Shown here: positions 40,715-53,017 of the stretch, piece by piece
How the letters are laid out: each line of letters begins with the position of its first letter
Position numbering within the stretch: the stretch's first letter is position 1
Source: Yuukianura sp. NJ FZ-2021
Lineage: Eukaryota
Length of the DNA: 64,000 nt
Reading direction: 5' to 3'
Assembly: GCA_046563655.1 (NCBI GenBank)
Contig: CM102290.1
Span: forward strand, 15,066,001-15,130,000
Program-made: the position numbers and the translations under genes
The notes under the pieces: model-generated
Database searches by the model: none
What the model was told of the DNA's origin: nothing
The model's input: only the letters and a program-made list of their open reading frames with translations

Positions 40715-42021
40715 AGTGCCACATTCCACTTGTTCAAAGCTCTGTTCCTATCATTTCCTTTTGGTTTATATAAACTAATGGTGCATGTTGAAATAATAAG
40801 AGTTGGCCTCATTTTGATTAGCGGGAGAGACTCCGTAGATTAGTCTCTGCTGTCCTAACTGGGTCGCCCTGTCACATGACTAATTGATGGCCTCCGCTCG
40901 GAGTGTCCATCGCTGGAATTGTGTATTGATCACTTATGTCTCCCTACCCCACCACATGAATCATTCAGAGTCCAGCACAGGAAAAGTGGCCACTTGACTC
41001 CAGTCACTCGCACTTTCCCCCACGCTGGACTCCAGGCAGGAACCGCGCTTCAGGAAACCCTCATTCCACAATCAACTCTCACACAAGATCCGGAAGACGT
41101 TGAGGAGGAAGAGCGACGGAAGGAGAGCCAGTGTCATCTCACACAACGTAAGTCTCTCTCTCCTTATTTAGGAATTTATGTCGCCACGACCAGCATCTCC
41201 ATTCTTCCTCCACAAGTCCTTCCTCCATTTTTAATTTTTAATTTTCGTGGGAAATCAATAGCGCGGAGAATGGGAAATAAGAGTGACTCAAATGGGGCAA
41301 GTTGAGAAGGCGCCAAAACTTTGAACTTTGTTTATTTACTTTTTGTACAGGGAAGGGGTGACTATTACTCAGAATCACTCATCCTTCTTCTTTTGCATTA
41401 ATTAATTAATTATTAACATACAATTTTAAATACTAAATGCGGATTTTTTTTAAACTGCGGGGTTTTCCCCTACTTTTCGAATGGGATTTAATTTATCAAT
41501 TCCAAGTTTTTAAGTTGAAATTGAAACTGAAAAATTAAAAACAGGGTAGTGTTTTTGATGGAAAGTGAAACACAAAGAAAGGGAAGTTCCAGAAGTCTAA
41601 CGCTAGTTTTAATTACTAACTTTAAAAGTATTACTTAGCCAGTTTGGGATAACTAGTGATTGTGCTGCTGAAGAGAGTTAAGAATGTGTAGTTTCCGTTG
41701 TGTTTTTCATGTTTGCGTGAGGTTTCCGCTGTTCTGTGGATTAGAAGTGCCCGACTCAGCTGGAGGGAGGGACATGACGTTTTGTTTTGATTTGTGAGTT
41801 AATCAGTGACCACTGACGTTTTATCTGGGTTGCGGTGATTGATAATTGAGGAGTGGAGTTAGTGCGTAGTGAAGTCCTTATTGTTAACTTGATGGGGAAG
41901 TGTACAGTTGTCACTAATGTTTTCTACTCCCCGAAAGACTTGGACGCGACGCGACGAGGCACAGAGGACTTACTGGCCCAAACCCACCGTGGACTGGCAG
42001 TTCCTGGCCAATCAGCGACGA

Positions 42022-45000
42022 ATGGCCACTTGGGACTTGAATGTCGTCACGCAGCTCCAGAAACTGTCGCTCCACCGGAACGATGTCAATGGAGTCGCCT
42101 TCAGCTCCAATCTCCACCTCGCCACGGCATCCAGGTCAGTTTATCTTCTTGACCCGACGAAATTCAATCGTTATTTAAGCAAAAGGGGCCATAAAGCTAG
42201 CAGGAGGAAATTATAGTGGTGGAGCCCACTTTTCATAATCTTAAATCTCGTTTATGCATAAGTTAGGGGCTCCTCAATAAGTAGAATAGTTACTCCCTCC
42301 ATTTTGCTGGGCGAAATTCCAAATTCATGAGGAAAAGTCAAGAGGAAAAAGTCAAAGAGAGAAAAAGCTATGCTTCCTTATTTGTGAAAAGTGAAATGAA
42401 AAGAGTTTGATTTTTAAAACGTTTTGATTGGTTTTTTCAGTGACAAGACTGCTCAAATATCGCAATGGAAGGCTGGTAGTGGATTTGAACCTACTTTCAA
42501 GTTGAAGGAACACAAGTACTCGGTCACTTGCGTCGACTGGTCTCCATACGCTACACTTCTCGGTAAATTAGAACTGTTTTTAGTGGAATTAAGAAGTAAA
42601 CGTATGATTTTGGATTTTCATAATTACATACTGTTGATTACAGGGACAGGATCCGTGGATGGGACGGTCATTCTGTGGGACGTAACGGTTAGTTCCCAAC
42701 ATTGTGCTGTGTAAAACTAAAGAATTTCATAACCCAAACCTCTTTTGTGTCCAGAGCGGAGAGAAATTGACGAGTTTTGTGCAGCCTGGAAATGCTGCCG
42801 TTCGAACCTGTAATTTCTCCCATCATGCCAATTATATTCTGAGTGCTGGGGATTCGGGAACTGTCAACATTTGGGACATTAACCACTTGGCACCCAAGAA
42901 GTTGGCCATGTAATTGGAATAATTTACACTTAATTACCCAAATATCTGAAATCCGTGGCCCAATCGGAAGCACCCACGTATGTTCTAGTCTCTGATGACT
43001 TAATGATAGTTCTTTTCTGTTCCAGAACATTTCAGCATGGAGAGGAGGCCATCTATGGGGCAAGGTGAGTCCACTGGAACTGTTGAGCTATTGGATTATT
43101 AGAATGATATTCATGACTGTTTGTTTGTTTAGTTTTTGTCCAGTGGAGCTGTGTGGGTACTTGGTGAGTGGCTGTGGTGCTGGAATGCTGTGTCTCTGGG
43201 ATGCCAATGCAAGTGGATCGCACAACAAACCTTTGACGAGCTTTGAGAATGCACATGACAGTGGAGTGACTTGCGTTACATTTGCTCCAGCCCTCGTCAG
43301 CAGTAAGTCACTCCACTCAATTCATTTGGGTTTTCGATAATAATAATAGTAATAATAATGATAATAATAATGAAATAAATAATAATAATAATGTTTGTAG
43401 GTGACGGTGGACTTGTGAAGCAGTGCCTTATGCTCACTGCGGGACAGGACCAACTTGTGAAGCTGTGGAATGTGACCCTTGGTCTTGACTTTGACATGGC
43501 ACCACTTCGCACGCTGGATGGACACAGTGCCTCTGTCTTCTGTGTTCGCATGAGCTCCAATGGACTCATCGGTAAAAACAATGTCAAACAACAAAAGTAC
43601 AGTGCATTCTGTAAATAAGCAACTACAAACCTCAGCCCTTTGTCCATTTCTTTTGAATGAGGCCTCAGTGCGGACGTAACGAAAACCTCACTGAGGCCCA
43701 CGACAAGAAATGGAAAAAGGACTGAGGTTTTTAGTTGCTTATTTAGAGAATGAGGTGTGCTATAAAAGTGCTATAAGAAAAGTCCTTTATAAAACACCCG
43801 ATTTTGTATTCCATTTAGCCTCTGCTTCTTCGGACAAAACTGTTCGTCTCTGGAACGTGAGTGGACTAGGAACTTTCTAGTACGTATTTTCTTGTTTTGT
43901 TGAGTGTAATTGGGAACTTTTGTTTGCAGATCGGGGGAAAGTGTGTCAAAATCTTGGAGGGGCATGACCGGTGAGTTGTAATTTGAATTTGACATTGAAT
44001 GTTAATGTTGTCTGTCAACTGACTTGGTATGGTTGTGTCCAGATATGTCACTTCATGTGCCTTTTCTCGTGACGGACGTCTGCTGGCCAGTGGTGAGTTG
44101 ATTGTAATTGTATTTTGTGGAGTTTCTTTTGCTTTTTTAATTTGTGATTGTGTTTGTAGGGTCCAATGACAAGACTGTGATAATCTGGGACTTGAGTGGG
44201 ACGATTGGGCTGAGCGATGACTTGGTGGGGGGCCTTAAGGAGCACAGTTTGACGACGCAGGACCTTTGGCCACAGTATGAGAAGCTCTGCAAGTCTCGCA
44301 TGCAGCAGGAGAAGAGCGTTTCTCTCAAGGCTTCATTCAAAATTCCCAAGATGGATTTCAACTCCTGTCTCCTCATCGGATCATCCACCGTCGTCGCAGC
44401 ATCCAGGTATTCAAATGGTTTTTAACATACTATTTCAATATAATTCATCCCAAACGAATGAGTTAGGAAAGAGAGGAGAAGGAAGTTTTGTTTTATATTT
44501 ATTTAAGTTTATATTTGAGTTACATTGATTATTTTCCATTTGATTTGTTTTGAGCAGCAGTTCCAAGTGTCTCTTTGCCTGGAGTGCAGAAACGGAGGAG
44601 CAGGTTGACATATCGAGTGTGTGTTTGCACAAGGACTCTGTGACTGGGATGGACTACTCTCCGTCCATCCACACACTGGCGTCCGTATCTGGCGATGGGA
44701 GTATCAATCTCTACAACGTTCAGGATGTCAAGGTTTGACTTCACAGTTTTCAAAAAACAACTAAGAATGTAAGAATTGTTTGTGGAAATGACAGAGAATT
44801 GAAAAGAGCGGGGGATTCTACCACCCGAGCGGCGGTGCTCTGCGTGTTTGTCGCTTCTCTCCGGACGGGTAAACCAAATCCATTTCTCAAATCTAAAATC
44901 CTCTAGTTGTTGAAATGACTTTTGTTTTCCAGGGGTTTGCTTTTAGTTGGTTCTGAAGATGAGCAGGCGTCTGTGTGGAATGTGACTGCCAATGTGATGG

Positions 45001-46816
45001 TGAAGCAACTGACGGAACACACGGTACAATTGAAATCACAATTAATTAACTTATAAAGCATGAATAGGAGGTTAACTATGACTATGTTAACTATGTTTGT
45101 GTGGAATAGGCTGGTATCTTTGCTGCTGCCTTTAGTCCAGGAGGTCAGTTTGTAGTGACGGGATGTTCGAATGGATGGTTCAAACTGTGGGACTGCCAGG
45201 ACGATAGCAATAGTGCCTCAGTTTGCACTCACAAGGGAGCTCATGAACTGGGAGTGACCTCATGCCACTTCTCCCCCAATGGTCAGTCCCCTCACTTTCA
45301 CACTTTGCAATAAATGAAATGATTTGATTTGATTTCGTAGGACTCGGTGGAACCAAAGGTCAACATCGCCTTCTCCTAGCTTCAGGTCACTCTTACTTTG
45401 GAGTTTACTAAAAATAAAAGGAAATTCCTTATTATATAAAGGAAATTAAATATCTAAGTTGGACTTTTGTTGAACTTTGAAGGTGGGAATGACTCGTTGG
45501 TCAAGTTGTGGCAAGTGACGATTGGGCATGGGAGTGGGAGCTTCAGTTTGTGGCAGACGTTTGCTGACCACGGAACTCATGTCAATGTGGCCTGTGTCTC
45601 CTTCTGTCCCTCAGGCAAACTACTCGCCTCTTGTGCCGAAAACATTCGTCTCTGGGACGTCGTAAGTGGAAACTGGAAACTATTTGTGGAAGGATGTAAT
45701 TCAAAGGTTCCTTGACAACGAAAAGTTAATTTCGTTTAACTTTTTCATTAGAGGTTGAGTACTACCTCACTTGTTGACAAAAAAAAATGAAAAAAAAATT
45801 GGCACCAATCCGAAATCTAAATTGGTACCAATTTTTGTTTTGTTTTGATTTTTTTTAACAAGTGAGGTAGTACTCAACCTCTTAAAGAAAAGTTAAACAA
45901 AACTAACTTTTCGTTGTCAAGGAACCTTGGATGTAATGTAAAGTTTGAATGTAGGCCAGTGGAACGTGTGTCCAGGTGATAGAGGGCCACTCTCGCTACG
46001 TCACGGGTCTCGCTTTCTCCAGTGACGGATCTCAACTCGTGTCATGTAAGAAACCACCAAACTAACATTGATTCTCCTAAGTATTTGTAATTTTTCCTAT
46101 TTTTAGGCAGTGGAGATCACTCTGTCAAAGTGTGGGACTTGAAGAACGACCTTGCTTCCAAAACAGGCGTGAGTGAGAGTGTGGGGATCGAAAGCATGAT
46201 TTCCAAGTGGAGTTCAGAGGAAGTGGTCAACTGGTTGGCAGAAATTGGACTGGGCGACCTTGGTCACATCTTTGAGACGAAGGGGGTCACTGGACTCCAA
46301 CTCTTTCATCTCACGGATGCTCAGCTACTGAGGGAACTCGGAATCGGTAACATCCAATTCCAATCAAAACCCAATGGAATGTACTGAATGTCAATGGAAA
46401 GTAATGTAACTAAATTGATTCTTTGTTTGCAGAAGAGGAGAGCACTCGGAAGCAGTTTTTGACTGAGTTGCAGTGGCTCAAATCTCTTGGCATGAGTTCC
46501 AAGCAGTGCATCTCTCGCTCAAACACAATCGCTGTTCCACAGGAATTCTTCTGCCCCATCACTCACGACATCTTTGCGGAACCAGTCATCTGCGCAGGTA
46601 ATGGAACAAAACAGTGTCCCACTTTCCTCATCTCAATACTTTTGGTTCTTTTTAGATGGAAATACGTATGAGTTGGCTGCCATCAAATCGTGGTTCCTCA
46701 TGGGCAGAACCACAAGTCCACTCACGAACAACGAACTCGGCAGCATGACTCTCACGCCCAACTTTGAGCTGCAGAACAGAATTTCAGAGTTTCTGGCCCA
46801 GAGACTCAACAGTTGA
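42022..46816 (+). CDS. WDSUB1: WD repeat, SAM and U-box domain protein with 14 WD40 repeats
   Basis: Many WD40 repeats, SAM (WSSEEVVNWLAEIGL...VTGLQLFHLT) and U-box (VPQEFFCPITHDIFAEPVICADGNTYE..AIKSW...TSPLTN). The start ATG is uncertain (42022, or in-frame 41917). Confidence 0.92.
43338..43392. repeat. (AAT)n microsatellite in WDSUB1 intron
   Basis: Visible imperfect ATA/AAT run. Confidence 0.85.
43600..43757. mobile_element. MITE family A copy (opposite orientation) in WDSUB1 intron
   Basis: CAGTGCATTCTGTAAATAAGCAACTA...TAGTTGCTTATTTAGAGAATGAGGTG with internal CTGAGGCCCACGACAAGAAA. Confidence 0.85.
45702..45930. mobile_element. MITE family B (AAGGTTCCTTGACAA termini), fold-back copy in WDSUB1 intron
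   Basis: ~75-bp imperfect TIRs including AGGTTGAGTACTACCTCACTTGTT. ATGTAAT occurs on both flanks (45694-45700 and 45931-45937). Confidence 0.85.
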
Positions 46817-47051
46817 GAGACCTCTGACCTCCCCAAGTCACTTTTGCCTCACTCCAACCTGTGATCCACATCTCGTCCTGCCTTCAGTTCCAATGCTTGC
46901 CAGCATTCCAGCTTCCGACGCATCGCAACAGTTGCCACAATCCATTCCTTACACACTTAGCCTTACTTTTGGAAATAAAAGTTAAGTTGGAGGTGGTGGC
47001 GGTGCTTTATTGAAGAGAGGAGTATTGTCCAGTCGGAGTGTTAAAATAGAG

Positions 47052-50000
47052 TCACTTTCGGAGGGAGTGGAACATGCCGATGGGTTTGCGGAGGGAGGAC
47101 AGCATTTGATTCCAGTGCGAAAGTGCTTTGCCCGAAGCACCCGAACCCACAATCACATGTCCAATGGAGTAGGCACGACCCTCACACTCACTCGCGTCAG
47201 AAACCGTGATGCGCAGTTGGATCGTCTAAAATATTGGATACTTGAGCAGTATTAAGAATACTTAAGAATACTAAATACTTGAGAAGTATTTAGGAGTGGC
47301 GGCAATACCTGGAGCGCATGGGTGGGAACGCTGAATATCATGGCTTCGTTGAAGATGGGGTTCCGTTCCCCTCGCTTCGTCGAACTCTTCTTCTTGCTCA
47401 CCTTCTTCCCCTTCTGCAGGAGGTACACCTAATATTTTAATATCTTATTAATATTTTAATATCTTATTAATATTTGAATATATTATTAATATTTGAATAT
47501 ATTATTAATATTTGAATATTTGGATAGGATATTGAGAGATACCTTGACGAAGGGGTCTCCGGTGTCCTTGTTGTGTGGGAACTTGAGGTTGCGAGCCTTG
47601 ACTACGACTACGGTGAGTCTCTCTGCGGTGGGAAGATATGAGAGTGAGAACATGACTTCCCCCAACTCCCCGCCTCTCTGCAAAGGAATCCACAGTTCAG
47701 TTATGTTTAAGTGTGACCTTGTGACCTTACTTGTGCCGTGTCAGTGAGGGGCAGCCAGGAGACGGTTGGTTTAGCAATGTCAAAGTCCGTTAGCGGCAGT
47801 TCAGCTTCTCCGAGAAGTGTGTTTGCGAACTTGTTGGTTGCGTAGAGGTAGAATACGAGTGACCTGGAAGTGACCTCGCCCACCTCAAGTCCAAACATAA
47901 ACTTCTCGCGATACACGGGATTCAGAGACTTCCGGTACACCTACAACAGGCCAAATACAATCACATCCTCTTAAGCATAGCCAGAACGAGCAGTCTTTTC
48001 TAAAAAAACGCTTTTTAAAGTGCATGCTTTTGATTTTTGCTCTAAATAGATTTTTTTTTTGCTGTTTTAACTATTTTTTTGTTTTAACTATTTTTTTTTT
48101 GCTGTTTTAACTATTTTTTTGTGACTGGTGTAGCTTTTCTTTCCTTTTTGCTGTTTTTCTGAAGGTGCAAATCCTAAAAAGGTTTTTAATTTCTTACATG
48201 GAAAACAGAAAAAGTCAAAAACAGCAAATACGAAAAACGCAGCATGATTCCTTGATAAAACGCTAAAACTTTCTAAAAAGCAAAAAAACAAACTTTTGAT
48301 TGAAAGTAGGTGGGAAGACTGGTAAGATGCTTACGCGAGTTTGCATGTTAGTCGTTTTGTCGGGTAGAAGATAGACGCGGACGTAGGAGTCAAATGGTGC
48401 GGTGGGTTCTGGATCCAGACCCACCAACTCCCGCCCCTCCACCACATTCACTATCAGGTCAGCAGTGTCACTAAAAACACAAAAATAGAATAGTACACCT
48501 CATGTTCGAAATAAGAAACTAAAAACTTGAGACCTTTCTCCATTTTTTTGAATGAGGCCTCAGTGCGGCCAGAAAGGAAGCCTCACTGAGGCCTCATTCA
48601 AAAGAAAGAAATGGAGAAAGGACTGACGTTTTTTGTTTCTACAGTAGAGTACCTCACTTATGCCATTTGCCAAATACAAAACAATTTCAATTGACAAATA
48701 CAAAACCCGCACCCGTACACTGGCGGTAAACTGGCAAAATGAAACATGCAATGGCAAATGGGGGATTTGCCAATGACAATTTGACCTCAGAGTCATGTAA
48801 TTTTCTAACCCCAGTGTAGTTCAATTGTATTTTGTTTTGTATTTGGCAAATGGCATAAGTGAGGTACTCTACTGTATTTCGAACATCAGGTGTATATTTG
48901 TATGTATTTTATTTTTATTTATTTATTTATGTATTTTATTTGATTTGGTACTTACCTGTCATACTCCAGTCCAACACAGAGATATCCTGTGATATGGGGG
49001 GAGTCAAAGTCCCCCAGAATGACTGAAGTGTCGGAACAAACAGAGTCACAGCTCATGGCTCTTTGGAGGAAGGGCGGCAAGCTGTCTGGACTCGTCAAGT
49101 CACTCGAATCTCCGATACTCTCTCCAGAAACTTGTCTGAGGGAGAAAGAGCGGTGGCGATATGCAGACCCACCAATCGGCTCCACCGACTTACCCACATT
49201 ACACTGCTCAGACTCCGGACGATATGTCTGCATTTCGGTTTCAGGAGCCGATAACTTCCGACCATTCTCAGTCGACTCGGAATTTTGTTGTCCAAGCAAG
49301 CTCTTCGTGGCGTCCTGCATTCGTTCGTTCTCCAGCCGAAGTTCCTGGCGCATTGTTTCCACCAAAGTGTGCTGGGGATGTGGTGGAGGCGGTTCTACGT
49401 CGCGGTGCTCCAGCAAGTCAATCTCAAGGTCATTTCCTATTGGTTGCTGCGGAGGAGGGGACGCTGTGATTGGTCCAGAGTCGGGTGACGAGAAGAGTCG
49501 CTCTCCCATGGACATTGGTGGCTTGTCAGTCGGAGTAGTTCGTGGTTGTCCGAAGTTGGATATGGTTTGAGTCAAGTAGTGCGTGGAGGCTTGGAGGAGC
49601 GGAGCAAATGGATTTGTGGATGGAGGGTGGGGAAGAGAAGTGTTTTTGGAGGGGGGCGGTGGGAGTTTGGGGGGCGGTGGGCCGTTGTCGACGGGGAAGA
49701 GCGTGGCTCCGACAGAGTGGTGGGACTGGGGGTCATTTGCAGCCCCACCCACTTCCTCCTCCATTTCTAGGCCTGTGTCCGTGTTGTCAAAGCGACGAAA
49801 GCTCCCTCCACTTGAAATGTTCACTTCTGATTCTGAGGCGACCTGAAATCATCAGTATTTTTGAAAAAGTTGCTAAAGTGGGCACTTTGAAGGGTTCCAT
49901 GCAATATGGTCAAAAGAATTTGATCAAAAAGTGAAAAGACCAATCTATTTGTAAATGGTTGATATTTTCACTTTTTGACCTTTTCACTTTTTGATCAAAT

Positions 50001-50241
50001 TAGTTTGACCATTTGACCTGGTACGCTTCGGTGTTTGAGTGAAAGTGTTGGTTACCATGGTTGCAGGACTGAAGAAGCCCTTGAGCCTCCCCCTCGTCAG
50101 ATTTGCTTTTTCCTCGCGTGACGACTGGATCCAAGTCTTCGTGCGAGTCCAGCCACCCAAATAGCGACAGCAGAGCAGAAGCAGCAGAGCCACGATCAAC
50201 ACGAGCCCCACCACAGTGACCACACTCTGAGACCCACCCAT
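47052..50241 (-). CDS. SYT12: Synaptotagmin-12-like (TM, long linker, tandem C2A/C2B)
   Basis: N-terminal TM VVTVVGLVLIVALLLLLCC. The C2B sequence GEVMFSLSYLPTAERLTVVVVKARNL...DPFVKVYLLQ...NPIFNEAMIFSVP...GHVIVG...HWNQML matches SYT12 as I recall it. Confidence 0.88.
47430..47520. repeat. AT-rich 19-bp tandem repeat (TTATTAATATTTGAATATA-like) in SYT12 intron
   Basis: Four to five visible imperfect tandem units. Confidence 0.75.
48496..48892. mobile_element. MITE family A copy interrupted by a nested MITE, SYT12 intron
   Basis: TA|CACCTCATGTTCGAAATAAGAAAC...TTTCGAACATCAGGTG|TA; the right arm is split at 48640-48876. Confidence 0.85.
48642..48874. mobile_element. Nested Tc1/mariner-type MITE with 43-bp perfect TIRs and TA target-site duplication
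   Basis: TA|CAGTAGAGTACCTCACTTATGCCATTTGCCAAATACAAAACAA...TTGTTTTGTATTTGGCAAATGGCATAAGTGAGGTACTCTACTG|TA. Confidence 0.93.
49892..50027. mobile_element. Degenerate palindromic element in SYT12 intron 1
   Basis: TGGTCAAAAGAATTTGATCAAAAAGTGAAAAG mirrored by CTTTTCACTTTTTGATCAAATTAGTTTGACCA. Related AAAAGTGAAAAGA-rich sequence at ~34325-34540. Confidence 0.6.
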
Positions 50242-51127
50242 CCGTCCCTTCACTCGTCACATGCTAGGTCAGGAATTCATTCACTTTCCGCTTCACAACT
50301 TCAACTGGAACTTTCACTTGTGAACTTTGTAATTGTGTGTTGAATGGGAGTGGTGGAACGGACACTTTGAAAGTCCCACTCCAAGTGTCCCACCAAAGTG
50401 GCTCTCTTTCACTCTTGAATGAGGCTGCAGAGTGTGAAAGTTCTTTCACCGTCTCCTCATCTCACAATTTCTGTTCCCTCTCTGCAGCGTCGCATGAACA
50501 ACTCCGGACTGCACAAAACTTTCTCCTCTCCCTCCCCTTTTCATATGGAAGCAAAGGGGGCGAACCCACCCGCCCCTCCACTCAACCCACCTCTCTGGTG
50601 GGGCAGAGGGTTAATTCCCTTGAATCAAGTCAACACAGAAAGTACCACCACATTTATCCGCCTATTATGCCCACTCAAATATCATTTCCGATCTCTAAAA
50701 TAAGCGAAATTTAACCATTTCTAGAACTGAGGAAGATTAGAAGTAAATAATATTTTTTTGTATCTTGGGATCGAAAAACAAGAGATAAGGCGCGCTTTAT
50801 ACAAGAATAAATACGGTACTCTGCCAGGAACAGCAGATGCTTGGCATGAATATTGAGGAGACGCTGAGAATGAAGATGATCTGTTCATTCCCAATCTACA
50901 CTGGACAGAATTGGAGAAAGGGAGAGAAATCGATCCGTCTCTCCTCAACATAAAAATCAAAACCCACAGTCTGAGGTTGTCCAGTGGCCAATGTAATTGA
51001 GAGTGAGATGGAATGATTAAAGGAACTCTGGACAAAGAAAGTCCTGCTGTGTATTTCATGGAAACATGAGAGTGTAATTTGTAAAAAGGGAAGTTAGATT
51101 AGAAATGTAAAGTTGGTGGGGCGAGTC

Positions 51128-53017
51128 CTAGGCCGCACTTTTCTTCTTCTTCTTCGGCACAACTGCGACGGTGAGAGTGGAGTCAATGGCCACCTCCTCT
51201 GCAGCTCTTTTCTTTTTCTTCTTCTTCTTTCCTTCGGCTGCTGCTGACTCCAGCACTGCTTCTCGCATCACGTCCACATTCTTACGCGGAACTTCACCCA
51301 GCTCGTAAAACTTGAGTCGCTCCTCAACCTGCTCACGCAACTTCTCTCCAAAGATCGTCGTTGGCACCTCTGCATTCAAACAAATCACTCAATTTTAAAA
51401 CAAATTAGTCAATTATAAAACAAATTAGTCAACAATTTAGGAAATTGATTCCCCAACTGAATAGTTTGAGTTGTTTTACCTGAAAATGAATCGAGGCGAG
51501 AGGCAATGGAGCACTTGTTGGCCAGAAAGCGGGAAATTCGTCCGCGATTTGTCGTTCCAGCACGGCCTTAAAAACAAAATCAATGATTTGTTAGTTTAGT
51601 CGTTGTTGCAACGTTTAGTTTCTACTTTCTACTTGTATAGTTTTCATTCATAAATATATAAATAAATATATATAAATATAAATAAAGGTTATACTATAAT
51701 ATAAATAAGCATTACAGTAACAATATGAATAGTTTTTGTTTACCGATGAATGAGGAGTGGTATAAAAGTCCATATTTGGGTGTTTTGCCGCGTGTTTTCA
51801 AAGCTCTGAAAAGAGCCTTCTCTGCTCCAAGAATTTGAACAGTGGAGGCAGGGAACTTGGCCAAATTAGTGAGGGATCCAGCATGTGAAATGAGTCTAGC
51901 AGCCACAGTCTCTCCAAGCAAAGTCGTCAGATTTGGCGCAATTGTGTTCATCTTGGACTGGAGGTAGGTCAGCAGACTTCTGCAAAGGAAACAGAAAGGA
52001 TTAGAGTTCATTCGTCACTTACTTCACTTTTAAGCTTACTTGCGATACTCTGCCAACTTGATGACACGAGATGCGAAGCATTCGATGTTGATGAGGTCGA
52101 TGGGTGAAATGTCCATGCCCATGGAGGAGCGAGAGGCATCGAGCACTGCCTGTGCCTTCCCAGAGTCCCCGATGATTTCTTCCAGTGCTTCCACTTTGCT
52201 TTCGTCCAGTTCCTTCCTGTTCTTGATGAAGTGGACTACGCGGGAGTACATGTAGTTGTCTGGCACAATTTTAACCAACTCTGGGAAGTGGTACGAGTAC
52301 CACTCACGAATACGCATGGAAAACGTATTCACGTCTTTGTCCAGCTGATCCAGAAGGGCTATGCCTTGAATGACCATGTTGTCTGCTCGGTTCACGTTGA
52401 ACTTGACCTTAGATCGGGAGTAGGCGTGACCCAGTCCCAGTTGAGCTTTTCCTCCTGTGTAAACATTAAGTTTGCTCAATTCATGAAAGAAACCATAGGA
52501 AAAGTACTAAAAAGTAAGGTGAAATAGATTCGTACCGGCAGGAGCAGTAAGTCCTTTGACGATTTTGTAAAAGTGAGTCCGAATTCCCCTGTGAAGCTCC
52601 TGAACGATTGTTCCGAGTCGAACACGAATTTTGGGAAATGCCTCAGAAATTGCAGCTCCCAACTTGCTCTCTGCCACACCCAGCACCAATTTCTTGACAC
52701 CCAACTGAACGATAAGCAACTGCAAGTCTTCTGGCAAGATCCCTTCCGTAATGGCGTTCAAGTTCTCGAGAGCCGCCTGTGCCGTTTTGAAGGGACTGAA
52801 CGTGACGAGCTGAACTACGGCAGAGAAACGAGAGTAGTCACGAACAGACTCCTCGACCTGGAACAAAGGTCAAAGAATTAGCCAAAGGTCAGCACGAGGT
52901 CACATTCTGCCTTACCTCTGTTAGGAACATCCCCTCTTCCTCGAACTCTCGAACTTTAAAAATGGCATACCCTGCTGCATGTTCAAACAGAACATGGAGT
53001 TTCGTCTCCCCACTCAT
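51128..53017 (-). CDS. NOP56: Nucleolar protein 56 (box C/D snoRNP core)
   Basis: [66 protein letters not shown]...[10 protein letters not shown] and a K-rich tail. Confidence 0.96.

Noticed and set aside
51370..52915. Intronic snoRNAs in NOP56, a common host gene
   Set aside because: The introns examined are short or AT-rich and show no box C (RTGATGA) plus box D (CTGA) pair or H/ACA layout on the - strand.
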